A stretch of 64,000 nt of DNA from Chlorokybus atmophyticus (GCA_009103225.1 RHPI01003129.1:1-64000); one strand, 5' to 3'. Shown: positions 1-12,730, counted from the first letter of the stretch. The notes: generated by a model from the letters alone, not told the origin. Program-made: numbers and translations.

Positions 1-83
1 ACCCTAACCCTAACCCTAACCCTAACCCTAACCCTAACCCTAACCCTAACCCTAACCCTAACCCTAACCCTAACCCTAACCCT
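1..83. repeat. Telomeric repeat (CCCTAA)n, i.e. TTAGGG type, at a left chromosome end
   Basis: About 14 perfect CCCTAA units from base 1, ending abruptly at CCCT|GGTGTG. Confidence 0.97.
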
Positions 84-536
84 GGTGTGCGTGGTTGCAG
101 TGTGCATACAAGAAGGTTTAACTGTACATACATGCATGAGATTGTAACTTTTCAATGCGATCACGCATGAATTAATCTTACCGTACTACTAAAAACAGCC
201 CCCCCTCCTCCACAGTTTTGCTTGGGGGGGTTTTATTCCTCTCAGGCCGGGGGACTTTATATGTATTCTGTATGTGAGCGCAAGACATTCACACCCTACA
301 TTTGTCATATTCGTCGGATGACGTAATGTCGCGGATAATTGTGACAAGCTGTGATTATTCTAGTAATTGTCCTAACGACGGCAAAGCCTTGTGCAAGCAG
401 AGCTGGTAAAAATTTGCTATAATAAGCGGCTACATGCATCTGTGCAGCCGAAAAGATACAATGCCTTTCACATCATGTATGCATATGTGTTGCAAGTTTT
501 TTATTGTTAAAAAATAACAGTTGTATCGTATAGCAT

Positions 537-542
537 ACACAC

Positions 543-581
<39 letters not shown>
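537..581. repeat. Compound (AC)n/(AT)n microsatellite
   Basis: Directly visible. Confidence 0.9.
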
Positions 582-582
<1 letters not shown>

Positions 583-2204
583 ATGATTGCTATATGTACT
601 CTTGCGCAATAATCAAGCATGGTTTTATTATGCATACATAGTTTTAATAATGTTCAAACGGAATATGTGCATTGCTAATATGTTGTATTTCATCAACAGG
701 TGCATATGATATGAACTATGACGTTGACATATGCTTTGCCCTGCTTGCGTGTTGCTGCTGTTACCTTACGCATACTGACGCTTTTTACCCTTCACAAAAC
801 GCACACATTGCCCGGCTTGAGTCGTGTGCGGGCCAAATTAGTCAATCGGTTGGTTCATAAGTCTAGCCTATGTACATATAATTGGCACTTTTTAATATAC
901 TATTAATACAGTACTTCTTAAGAGGGGACACAACAATAGAGGGCAGACAATAATGTTGAAACATAGTCCCCCTTTTATTTCGCTGAGGGGGACTGTATTT
1001 GGGTAAATACGGTAATAAGGTTTTCACAATTATATACACATTGTATATGTATATGCAGATGCTTATCATTGTATTGGTCGTTGTTATGTAAGATAAGTAT
1101 ATACATAAAATGGATGTCATAACACTGGCGCCTTAACCCTTATGTCATGACAGCTAGAGTTGCTACCATATATGCCTATATAAGCAAAGAAAAATAAAAT
1201 TTATTTAGCCTTGCCACATATATGTTACAATCAGACTGTATATATCGGTTGATTTGACGTGTGTGTATTGATTACTTGGATATTTTAAAATTACATATAG
1301 CGAGAGTAAATGATAAGTTATTATTATAATTATAATAATGTTTTCCGCGATTATTATGCATTGATAAGCCTGTTATATTGTTTGGTCATATGTGTGTTTA
1401 CACAACGTATTTATGTACTATATGTATCTTATATTTATATATTAGATAAATTCCTTATATAAGTATCTGTGATAACTACTTATAGATTATGAGCTATAGC
1501 ATATAACTATCTTGCAGGATTGACTTTCGTTGTGTATTGGAAATCACAAGTTGATGAATGATAAACTGCCCGCTCTGCAGCGCACGCCTCAGCGACTTGC
1601 CCAAGCAAGGACTACGCGGTATGCCTTTTTGCGTCTCAATCATTTTGCGCCTGCTAGGCCTATCAGGCTGAACAGCGCAAAAGCAGCTGCTTGGCAGGGA
1701 ACCCTAGGCCTAGGCTTAGCAACCCTGGGGCTCATTGGAACCTGTCGGTTGTTGGAGCGTTTGTTCCGGTGTTTGTACAGTGTTAGTAGCGGACGGCGTC
1801 CGATTGCCGCCTCCGCCGCCTCCACGCCGTGCACCTGGGTGAGTCCCATCCGAAATGCATGCCTCTCTCTCCCGTGCTGCGACTGGGTTGTCGCCTCGCC
1901 TTCCTTCTCCCATTCTGTGTGCTGCGTGTATGTGGGTTGTGTTCGTGCGAGTGAAAAGTCACGCATGATCGTCATGCATGCGGTGCGGTATGGACTTCAT
2001 GGCGTGACTTGTTTCTCCCTGCAGCACCTGAATGTTTGCTGCAACTGTGCATGTGGCCTGTCTGCATGCTTGTGTGCATGTTCTAAGGCCTTTGCTGTCT
2101 CTCTGTGCTGTCATTTGGCTGTTCCTCAACGACCATCACATCTGCAAACAAAGAATCTCCTCGTTATACCTGTTCAGCTTCTAACCGCATCCCAGGCCGT
2201 CAGG

Positions 2205-5200
2205 ATGGGTCAAATCTTTTCACCTCCGCCGCCGGTGGCATGGATGCTGTCTCTGGCGCTTCTGGCTGCCTGCGCATCCGCTGCCACCGCCACAAAAGCA
2301 ACGTAAGTGGCAGGGGTGCCATCTGGAGTAAGCAACACGCGCAATAGCAATGGCATGCATGTCACTCTGCTCCGGTTCTCAGCGTGTTCACGCCTGTTGG
2401 CTGTCTGGTGTGTGTGCAGCGCTGGAGGGCCGTACACCGTGAAAGCGTGCAACAGCATAGAACTGGCAGCCAATGGTGGTGTGGACTTGTGCGGTCAACA
2501 ACGCACCATCACCTGGGACTTCAACAATGACGGCGTGTTTGACGATGCCTATGGAGACACAGCGCTGTTCGTGGCCAACCTGCGCCCGGGCGTGTACACC
2601 ATCAGTGCTCGAGCCAGCAGCCCCTCCCCCTGCCCCTACCACCCCCTCGTGCTCAGCGCCACCGTCAGGGTCACTGGCCCTGCCACGGTCCCTGTCATCA
2701 AGGGCTTGCGCGCGGTGTCATACACCTTGAACAATGAAGCCTATGCTGGAGAGCGGTTCAGAGTGGTTGCGGACACTGAAACCCTCTCCTGCCGACACTT
2801 CAACGTGACATTCGACTGCGGTCCGGACAACGTGGTGGGCAGCTGTTGCGGTGTGTGTGTTGCTCGCTGCTTGGTGTGTCGCCGTGCGTGCGCGTGTGCG
2901 CGCTGCAGCAGCAAACACTCACAGCTGGGATGCCCTCTGCTCTGATCTGGATTGCAGGCAACGCCGAAGAAAAATGGGTTTTGCCAGTACAACAGCCTTG
3001 GAGAAAAGCGCATCACAGCCACGTTGGAGCAAGATGGCTTCGTGGCATCCGCGGAGCTGGTCGTCACAGTCTACACCATGTCGTAAGTTGCTGCTGTAGG
3101 TGGCACACTCGCACGCACACACGCACAACTATGCGCATTACCGTCAATAACGCAGCATCTACTCACCAGAATCAGCGGGCCATACGAACTGGGGGCGTGC
3201 GCTTTTACCACGGCGTCAGCGGGTGCGAGTGTTGATGCATGTGGCAATCAGAGAGATTTCGAGTGGAACTTTAACGGCGATGGCGCCTTTAACGATGCTA
3301 GCAGCAGCTACGTTTTCTTTGACAACAGCGGCGTGGGCCTCGCCCCCGGCGTGCACACCATAAGCGTGCGGGCCAGCAGCCCCTCCTGTACAGCCTCTTC
3401 TCCTCTAGTGCGCACAACCACACTCAACATCACTGCCCCACCGCCGACCATCTACAACGTGCACGCAGTCACACTCGGCAACGTGCCCGGCAAAGCAACC
3501 ATTGGCGAGAGCATCACAATATCAACATTGAGAATGGTGCAGACCTGCCTGCCCTTCACAGAAACTGTTGATTGCGGCCCGGACAACTTGGTGAGGGTGT
3601 GCGTTTGTTTGTTGTTGTTGTTGCTGTGCACAACTTGTCTTGTTAATGCATTGTTGTCTCCATTGACGGCTTGTTCACGCGCGCGCATGCTTACTTATGT
3701 GCTGCACTCCTGTGATCCTGTGACAGGACGACGGTACGGCCGGCGTTTGCCAATACAACAGCGCTGGAGTCAAAGTTATCACGGTGACGCTGGAGCAGTT
3801 TGACTTCGTAGTGTCCAAAAGCATCAGCATAACGCTTGCAACACTCATGTAAGCAGCACGGCATCACTTCACAATGCAATGCCTCATCAATGCGCACGCA
3901 CGCATAGTGCACATTGCATAGCTATAGCGCACAAGCCACATGCATGCGAGCTCAGATCACGGTCCAATGTCCAGCATTGGAGGCCCCTACCGCGCGGACG
4001 TATGCGGCGTCGTTCAACTGAAAGCCGCCGCGAGCGTGGATGCATGTGGCGTGGAGCGATCGCTGGCCTGGGACGTGGACAACAACGGCGTGTTTGACAA
4101 CGCGCACGGGCTCAAGCCCACCATCAACCCGTACAACCAGGGTCTCGGTCTCGGTGTGCATCCGATCAGCGTTCGCGCCAGCAGCAGCAGCAGCTCCTGC
4201 CCAAGCTCTCCACCTGAAGTGGCGAGCACCACCGTCAACGTCACCGCCGCACGCCTCGTCATCGTCGGCATAGACACGTTTCCGGCGAGCTACCTTGGGG
4301 TGGCAAGCGTCGAGGAGCGCATCCTAGTGAACGTGCGGAGCTCCAGGGCGTTCTGCGCGCCGGACAACCTTGAGATGGACTGCGGTGCAGACAGTGTGGT
4401 GAGTGGTAGCGCGCTTGCATGTTGCGTGTTGTTGGTAGCTTCTTATTTTACGTGCGCACGTGCTGGCGCAGAGTGAAGAGGAGGGATACTGTCGATACAG
4501 CAGCCCGGGCCAGAAGACCATTACTGCCACTGTGACACAGTTTGGCGTCACAGCATCGCTGTCACGCCACATCACAGTTGCAACGTTCTAGTGAGTGCTA
4601 TTGTTGTTATGAACTTTCTGCCAGGAGATGTGTATGCAGTGCACTCAGGGCCGCATGTCTTCATGCGTGTGCAGCATGCGAGGACCGTTCCGCATACCCC
4701 CCTGCTCCAGCGCTGAGTTGGCAGCTCCCTTCACCATTGACGCGTGTGGGAGTCAGCGCGTCCTTGCATGGGACTTCAACAATGATGGTGCCTTTGACGA
4801 CGCCACAGGGAGCAGGCCTTATCTTTACAACAGTGTCGTTCATCTCGCTCCTGGTGTCCACCCGATACGTGTGCAATCCAGCAGCAACCCCGCGTGCCCC
4901 GCCTCACCGCCTGAAGTGCACACAGTCAATGTTACTATCACGCCAGGTCCCAAGCTCGCCATCCGCGGAATAAACACATTCCCGGCGAGCGGCCAACCTG
5001 TGGCCAGTACTGGTGAGGACATTCGTGTCAATGTGGCGACAACGGTGATGCATTGTCTGCCTTACACCCTCACCCTCGATTGCGGTGCCGACAATGCGGT
5101 GAGTTGCAACCGTATGATTGCGGCATACCATGAATCATGCATGGTCCTTTGCTGACTATCTGCGTGCGCATGTGTGCACAGAGCAGCAGGACAATGTATT

Positions 5201-5298
5201 GTCGGTACAATACTTCCGGTCAAAAAGTTATCACAGCAACTGTCACGCAAAACGGCATCTCTGCCTCGAGCACCCTCACAATCGACATTGCTCCCTAA
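2205..5298 (+). CDS. Secreted protein (~754 aa) with four tandem Cys-containing PKD/Ig-like repeats; 9 exons
   Basis: Exons 2205-2302, 2420-2834, 2958-3082, 3170-3590, 3727-3848, 3975-4398, 4472-4590, 4675-5098, 5182-5298. All introns are GT-AG and splice to one 2265-nt frame. Signal peptide WMLSLALLAACASAATA. Four repeats of GGPY...C...WDFNNDGxFDDAxG...L.PGVH.I.VRASS...C...DCG.DN / C.YNS.G.K.IT.T. Confidence 0.85.
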
Positions 5299-5375
5299 TC
5301 CTGCATGCAAGCAGGCTCTGCTGTTGTGGACAAGACAAGACAAGACTAGACAAATTCATCCTTTGGGGTTGGCAG

Positions 5376-5397
5376 CATCGAAGGGCCGTACAGCGTG
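5376..5397 (+). pseudogene. Stub of a fifth PKD-repeat exon
   Basis: Acceptor TTGGCAG|C ATC GAA GGG CCG TAC (IEGPYSV) has the same phase and motif as exons 4, 6 and 8 (ISGPY, IGGPY, MRGPF). Similarity is lost after about 22 nt. Confidence 0.55.
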
Positions 5398-6159
5398 CTT
5401 CACAAACCTCCCCCCGTTTTGTAGCCATACATGCATGAATAAATAAAAGTAAACATCTGCATCTACAATCATTTCTAAGTGATAGGTCATGTACACTACA
5501 TCCACATCATTGTCTTTCTGATGTAGATGTGTTTATAGACGTGTGTCCCAACATAGTGCGATGTTGGACTTCACTACCCATGCGTATAATGCAACATCAT
5601 AATTAATCCGCATAGCTATATCAATATTTATTCATGAATAACATGGATGGATTTGTATTGCTGCCTTCCCAATAAAGAGATAGGTCAGCTGCAGTCACAT
5701 TATGGGAACGAGTATAGCTGAGTATATTAATAACGATCTTACCCATATTCATATTGTACAATAACGCTGACAACTTAGGCCCTCACCACGACAATGGCAA
5801 CCAACCTTGTATCAAAAAACTGATCTGTATACTAATTTAAGAGCTTGTATTGAATGTTTTGTAGTTTTGACCGCTATTGGGTATAAGGGGACGCCCACAC
5901 TGTGGCACACGTTAAATATGAATCATTTTGCTTGCCCTTGAGTATGGTGGCGGCCTTAGCCTATACGTGGTCTGGGCTGGTTGGGTCTGGTGTTGTCCAA
6001 TTTCGTCTTTTTTGCTTGCGCCGATGGTTCCAGGGTTTTGTGTTATGTGTCTATGCCTCAGAATCTTGCAACTCAACGCTTGTCATCGTGTTACTAATGT
6101 TGTGGTTCACACATGCACGTGCAAGCTAAATTGTGTATGCTTGGTGTCATTGCCTCGCG

Positions 6160-7230
6160 TTGTAGCGAAAACGAGGAAGAAACCTTACAATCTCGTGCAT
6201 CATCGGCTGCACAAGCAATCAAGCTTCGTGATGCCATAAGCATTGATGAAGCCAACTTTAAGGTCTCCAACGGCTGGTTGTACGAGTTTATACATTTATG
6301 AGTGCTGTGGTTTGGATACTGACGTTGCAGCGTAAGCACCAACGAGCGTGTGCATGCAGCAACCCAACATGTTGCATGTATTGCACACTTGTAATGCAAG
6401 CACATGTAGTTGCGCATACGTATGTCATAACTTGCTGCGCAGCTACGGCATCTAGAGCTACAAGATTTATGTGGAGTCTGCTGATGCCGCAGTGCATATA
6501 GGAAGGAGTAACTCTGTCCAATGACAAAGTGCCGAAGGTCTTCGAAGAGCTGGGTGCTGAGCCAAAAACCACATACAACCTTAATGAAGGAGGCTTGAAC
6601 TATGCGGCTGGTCTTGGCAAGTCCCTAACAACCGGCAAGTTAAAAAGCGAAAAGAAGAGAAAGATGGCGTCACAGTGCTGTTCGTTGTCAACACGAGTGG
6701 CTCTGCCAAGGTGAAGTTGATGGTCATGCACGGCCGCGCTGATTCAGCAAGACAACATCAACGAATCGGTGGACGACCACCGCAATAAGACTACTTGGAT
6801 GACGAATGCTTCGTTCTGGCATTGCATGAAGCAACTCAACTGGTGGCGGCTAAAAAGCACGTCATAATGATGATGCTACTGATGATGATCATCATCCATT
6901 TTTTTTTTACCGATGCAATCAGCCACAACCTCCCCAATGCCATGATGTGCCTTGCGAGCGACTGCACGGGCTGAATATTGTTAAGCTCAGCAACAGCACG
7001 CTCGTGTACTTGCCACCCAACACTATTTGAGAGGTCCAGGCTTTGGACCAAGGTAGTATAGCAGTCTTTAAGCTGTAATATAAAAAAAGGTACAAGAAAA
7101 GGTTGGTGGTTTGGCAGCTGACAATCAGCGACGATGCCATTGCTGCGAACATCAAGCCAAGCATGAACAATGTGCTACTGTGGGCTATGGATGCATGCGG
7201 CACAATCAGTGCGCATACCATTCATAACTG
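6160..7230 (+). mobile_element. Decayed pogo/Tigger (DDE_1) transposase
   Basis: CENP-B-type HTH motif FKVSNGWLYEF, then YNLNEGG (N.DETG), TTWMT, VQALDQGSIAVFK and TIHNC, in shifting frames with stops. Confidence 0.8.
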
Positions 7231-7319
7231 TGGGCGGGATGCCAAGTTGGCGTTGCCAGCATCTTGCCCACATCATGTACTACAGACTTCGTCGGGCCGG
7301 GTATTGTTGAGTGCGAGGC

Positions 7320-8340
7320 CTGCTCGAGTGGCAGCTGCCATTGTATGAGCGGCAAAGTTTTTAATGTTGAAGGCTTTGGGTTGTCGCGGATACGCAGAGG
7401 TTGAAGGCAAAAGTATGCCTCCCCCTCCATGGAGTGTGGTGCAAGAGCACAGCGTGATGCTGCATATGACTGAACCGTATGGCAGAGCAATCAAGTGCAT
7501 GTAATTAGTGTACATGCTCATACGAACGAGGCAACAAGCCATTACCAGAGGTCGTCCCATATGGCACATTTTGCATGAGTGGACGAATGCGTTGTAGCTG
7601 TTAGGAGGTGAATGAACACGCAACATGTAGATGATATGCTCTAACCGAGGATGGCAACGACACGACACCACACGGCACCATGAAGCTCACACCTAAACAA
7701 GGCAGTGCGCACGCTGACATGCACACTCTCTCACACGGTGAAGGATTCTTGCCAGCTGGACGTCGTGCGTCCAAGCTCCATCGTCTCGCGATCGCTATTC
7801 CGTAGTTCTCACTCATGGTTTCACCAAGCCACACAGTGACTCATACCGGTACTGCTTGTAAGTGCGTCACATTAATCCACATGTTCTATACAAGTTCGGT
7901 CAGTCTTAACAACTATATAAGGTGTCTTGTTCATGAAGACGTTACGTCTCCATATAGCCGAACAGTCGCCGAACTGTTCATCCAACTCAGGTAGTTTCGA
8001 GTAGCTAGATGCTGAGCAGTGCTACTATTATGCAGCTACGAGTCATAGCTTGCGACGAAGTGGTAGCTCGCGCGCAACTAATATGCTAGTGTAGCTTGCG
8101 TGTGGGGCTGGTTGGCATGAACGATGACCGGGCAATCGTGGGGGTTTGGCATGACAGCTGTCAGGACGGGTGTCCTCGAGGGTGATGCATGCTCAAGTGG
8201 CAGCTGCCATAGTATGAACGGCAAGGTCTTCGTTACAGAATGCTTGAGGATGTCGCGGATGTTGAGGGCAAAAGTATGCCCTCCCCCCTCATTGAATGTA
8301 ATGAAAGAGCACAGCGTGATGCTGCGCATGACAGAGCAAT
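7320..8340 (+). repeat. Diverged ~170-bp direct repeat pair (about 7320-7490 and 8185-8340)
   Basis: Shared blocks GTGGCAGCTGCCAT, GGCAAAAGTATGCC and AAGAGCACAGCGTGATGCTGC in the same order. Confidence 0.7.
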
Positions 8341-10091
8341 AAAATGCCCGAACTAGTGTACATGCTTATCAATCGTGAGTGTGCAACTACTCAGCATCAT
8401 GAGTTATGGGCACGCTAAACACGTACCCATCCAGCAGGCAATGATGCTTATGACTGAAGCCCTTGAAAGAAGAACGGGAGGCCTTGAGCGCCGCACAGCC
8501 TCCTGTACGCTTTCAAAGGTCAGGCGTCTGATGTACGCCTCGCCCATGTGATATTCAGCATGCAGACGGGAGCGCGACACGAATAGGCGGGTGCTTCGGG
8601 TTTCGTGCCCTCAATAGTCTCAAAAAGCACTTTCAATTTATGGAAGTGATGCAACGCCGGCTGCGGGGCACCATGGCTGGTGCGCGAAGTATATGAGATT
8701 TGTGGACCATGCATGGTTCCGAGTATGCACCCCGACATGGAGCAAAGGTGGTCCATACATGTGAGTACATGTGTGGAACATGTATGGCTCCAATAACCTA
8801 TGTAAGCATGGACCAAGTTTGGTTTATGCATGTGAGCAAATTCAGACTATGATGGGGTGTAGACCAGACAAGCTTTGGTCCACACCAAAAACTGCCTAGT
8901 TGCACGCAATACCAAGCAGACAAGCAATGAGAACATGTATGTATTCAAATCTACCTATCACTGTTCACAAAGCTCTCTAGCTACGAAGGCTAGTACACCC
9001 TAACCAAACTTCAAGCTGCCAAACCTCTTTACTTGTGTCATCCTTTGAAGTTCGAGCAACCTGCGCGCGCATGTTGCTGTCACAGTAGCGCGATGCAGGA
9101 CTGCGCGCTACATGTGTGAATATGTGCGCCATGATATGCATGTGCGCATGCAACGTATATAGACGCGTGCGAGTGTTTGTATGCATGTTCTTATGTGCAG
9201 AGCTATGCGCTTATATGTGCACGCTTGAAAGTCAGAGGGCAGGACGACATGCAAACCTTTGCACGCACCTTGATGATGGTAAGACTGTAGTGTCGAGTGG
9301 TTTCTCCACATGCGAGCTAGCCATAGTCACCCAGCAGTTGAGCTGCCGCAGTAATATCAACACTGGCTGCCGCAAATCTGTGACAATGACATGCGCATGT
9401 AAGAAAATGTGTGTGCATGCTTTTGCAATGTGTGTTCTAGTGTATGGGGTGTTGGGTGGCTGATCCAACAGTCCTCAAATGTCAGGAGCCAAATATCCTC
9501 CCGCCAATCTAGGGCTACCAACAGCACGCCCTTCCCTTAACAGCCCTTCCAACAGTCCTCCCATGGCCAACAGTCGAGGCTGTCGGAAGCGCTGGGGAAG
9601 AAACTTCGAGGGCTGTTGCGGGAAGTGCTGCCATTGTGTGTTATGCAATATCACAAACGTGTGCTGATACACTCTGTCTACGTGACTCAGGTGTTGTGCG
9701 CCGCATGCAGCTCCTCCAACCACACCTCTCCTCCAACCACACCTTATGCCCTCCATGGCCAGCACCTGCGATAAGTACAGCAAGTTGCCCTGTGAGTGTT
9801 TGTTGGAGGGTCCGTGCCATCAAGGCTCCTAGGAGAACCTACCTCGAGTGCTCCCACAGCTTCAAGCCAAATTGGCTGGTCGGCAGAGCCTGCACATGTC
9901 AGCATGCACGTGCGCAAGAGTGCGCTTGCGCATGTGTGCGAGTCTGTGCATGTTGATGTGCATGCGCACAAGATTGCATGTGATTGTGTGCACGCCTGTG
10001 TTTGTAACAACTGCCAGTAACTTGTGAGTTCCTCATGTTGTGCACGTGTGCGTGCACGCCGTGAAGAACAATCAAACTACTGCTCATGCAC

Positions 10092-10103
10092 TGCGTGCGT
10101 GTG

Positions 10104-10163
<60 letters not shown>

Positions 10164-10172
10164 TGTGTGTGT
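10092..10172. repeat. (GTGC)n/(GT)n microsatellite
   Basis: Directly visible. Confidence 0.9.
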
Positions 10173-10596
10173 GAGTGTATGCTCGAGTTGTATATGTGGC
10201 ACTAGTTGTGTTCGTTTGCGCGCCTGTATTGGGGCTACGCATGCGAGGTCGGCCTTGCGCTCACCTTGCTAAATGGTGGACTGACAGTGATTGTTGACAG
10301 TCGAGGGTTGTCGAATAGCCCTCAATTGTTAAACGGACAGTCCGAGATTGCCCGCTCAGCAATTGAGGGTTGTCAAACAAAGCCTAGGTTCCTGTGACAA
10401 ACACAAAGGCATCAGAGTTGGGTGGGTTGCAATGCAAGCAACCAACCCTGCTGTGTGTGCGCACACACATGCGCGCACACGTGCGCGCACGCGTGTTGAC
10501 ATGTACGACTGTTTATAAAGGTATGCACTTGCTTGTTGACACATACAATTGGTGCAAGACATGCACCGCTTGTACAGTTACCAATCCACGTGCTGT

Positions 10597-10668
10597 GCCT
10601 GCACACACATGTTGAGTGGTAACTTGACAGTCGATCCGACTGTCAAGTTACCACTCAACAGTGCAGGC
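10597..10668. repeat. Perfect inverted repeat: 24-bp arms, 3-nt loop, plus an 8-bp outer stem
   Basis: TGTTGAGTGGTAACTTGACAGTCG-ATC-CGACTGTCAAGTTACCACTCAACA (10610-10660), flanked by GCCTGCAC / GTGCAGGC. Confidence 0.9.
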
Positions 10669-10758
10669 CGTTAATAGCCCTTTGCGAGTGACAGCCCTTG
10701 AAGGGCTGCCGTCATGGTGGTGGCCTTTGGGAAAAGGCTGGGGGGAGGGCCTGTTGGG

Positions 10759-10966
10759 NNNNNNNNNNNNNNNNNNNNNNNNNNNNNNNNNNNNNNNNNN
10801 NNNNNNNNNNNNNNNNNNNNNNNNNNNNNNNNNNNNNNNNNNNNNNNNNNNNNNNNNNNNNNNNNNNNNNNNNNNNNNNNNNNNNNNNNNNNNNNNNNNN
10901 NNNNNNNNNNNNNNNNNNNNNNNNNNNNNNNNNNNNNNNNNNNNNNNNNNNNNNNNNNNNNNNNNN
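10759..10966. other. Assembly gap (N run)
   Basis: 208 N. Confidence 1.
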
Positions 10967-12559
10967 GGGGGCAGGTGAGTGCACACAAAACAATGGCTCT
11001 TGAGCTAGACGGGCCCTTGAACAGGCTGGGACTGTCCATCAAGGGATTGTCAAAGCAAGGGATGTTGAGCTTCACGGCGCTAATCCTCCGTTTAATGACA
11101 ACCTGCCAGTGGGGAAAGGACAAGTGTGCGTGTGCGTGTGAGCGTGCATGTACATTGTCGCACGCTTAATTGGCAGCAGCAAAGCAATATGCATGCTCAC
11201 AAACGTGCACGCACGTTAATGCACTTCCTAGGGGCATCCGAAGCTGATTGCCCGTGTGGTGCGTGTTTTATGTGTGCATGCGCATATGTGAGAGAGCGTG
11301 CGTGAGGCATAGACACACCCAAACGCAAACACCTATGGCCAGCAGGCTGGTGGCAGGCGTTGTGCACACAGGCAGCGGGCAACCCTCCTTGTTGCAGCTC
11401 CTCCTCCGGCCAACGAGCACAAAGGAATGGCAGCTGCTCAATGAGAGCATTGCAGCACTATCTCCTGCGCGAACATTATGACTTTGCCAACAATGTCTTA
11501 GGATTGCTTGCAGCTGAGTAGTTCGTAAATTGATAGTTAACCACTCAATGTAGCTCGAGTTGCAAGTTGAGCTACATGTGAGCTACACAGCATTAAGCAT
11601 TTAAGACAAGTGCGTGTATGAGCATGTGTGCATGCAGATGTGTGCTTTGACATGTGAAAGTGTTGTCTGTCGTGCTGATAGCTATCGTGTCGGCTGGTAC
11701 TCGATGATCACTTTCATAAAGTGTTCCGAGTCCTATTCCTTTGTGCATCGAGATAACGGCTCTGTTATCTTGAATGCTCAGCGGTAAGCAATGCCTTAGG
11801 CTCTACGCCTTTGCCTTGTGCACGCAAGTCAACCTGCTCACAATGCCGGCGGCGGACAAGGACAACGCATTCGCGTGGCCCCAGCGCTATGCTTGGCCAA
11901 TTAGAGGCGGGGCCTCAACTGTGGACGTGGCCTCTTCACAGCAAATGTGGGGGTGGAAGTAACCGTGCCGTGTTGGGGCGGCATAGTGGTGGCAATCCTA
12001 CCGCCCCCTCTCGTCCGATTGTCGACTGGCAATTGGCCTTGCTGGTACATACCAGCATAATGGTCACCTCTCCGTTGTCGTGACAACCCCGTACCTATGC
12101 GCAAGTATGGACCGACAGCAAAGGATAGGCCTGGCAGTTACTCTACCACGCCTTACTTCTGGATGGGCGGAGCAACGCAACGCTGGTGTCACCCCCGAAG
12201 GGTGGACTGCCCTGAATGCCCCCCTTCACGGATATGTATAGGGTTGTGCCAGACTGGTGTGTCCGGCTGCATACATAGGTGTGCGTGGTGTGAGCAACAA
12301 CGTTGTGCACGAGGTTGCCCTGCATTGCACCGCTTCGTGGTGCGCTGGCACATTAAGCTTCCACCTGACCCTGATGAGGATGCTAGCTCTTGTGTATAAC
12401 TGTTACATGTGCATTTGTAAGCTCGTGCTCTTTGTGCAGTGGAGAGATGCTGCCCGCTGTTTGTTTAAGACATGGTTGTGCTTCTAATGTAAAAAAGGAA
12501 TGTTGATTAGGACAAGAGCGAGCTCCCCTAACCCCCGCCAGTTGGCTCTTTACTGTCCT

Positions 12560-12730
12560 AAGTGGGCCAACTGTATCTGGCAGGCCTCACACGTCCAATC
12601 TCCTTTGGGCACCTTGTGCAGTGGCAACATGCACCATATGCGCCATCCCGCCACACGGCGGTCATTTATCAACATCTTTGCTTCCCCATCTACGCCTCCG
12701 TCAAGGTTGGGTAAATGACACAGAGCGCAG
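12560..12730 (-). pseudogene. PHD finger at the integrase C-terminus
   Basis: CALCH...MLINDRRVAGWRIWCMLPLHKVPKGDWTCEAC matches the C4HC3 PHD pattern (VP.GDW.C..C) with some ligands mutated. Confidence 0.75.

Noticed and set aside
1530-2204. Upstream part of the 258-aa ORF 1530..2306
   Set aside because: It contains splice signals (GG|GTGAGT near 1839, CCCAG acceptor near 2195) and Cys-rich intron-like text. Only the last 33 codons, a signal peptide, fit the gene; the rest is probably 5' UTR and introns.
10648-11169. ORFs spanning the N run
   Set aside because: They are open only because N codons contain no stop.
11770-12540. Possible 3' LTR of the DNMT-Ty3
   Set aside because: No second copy was found upstream of 17 kb in this window and no TSD could be assigned, so boundaries were not called.
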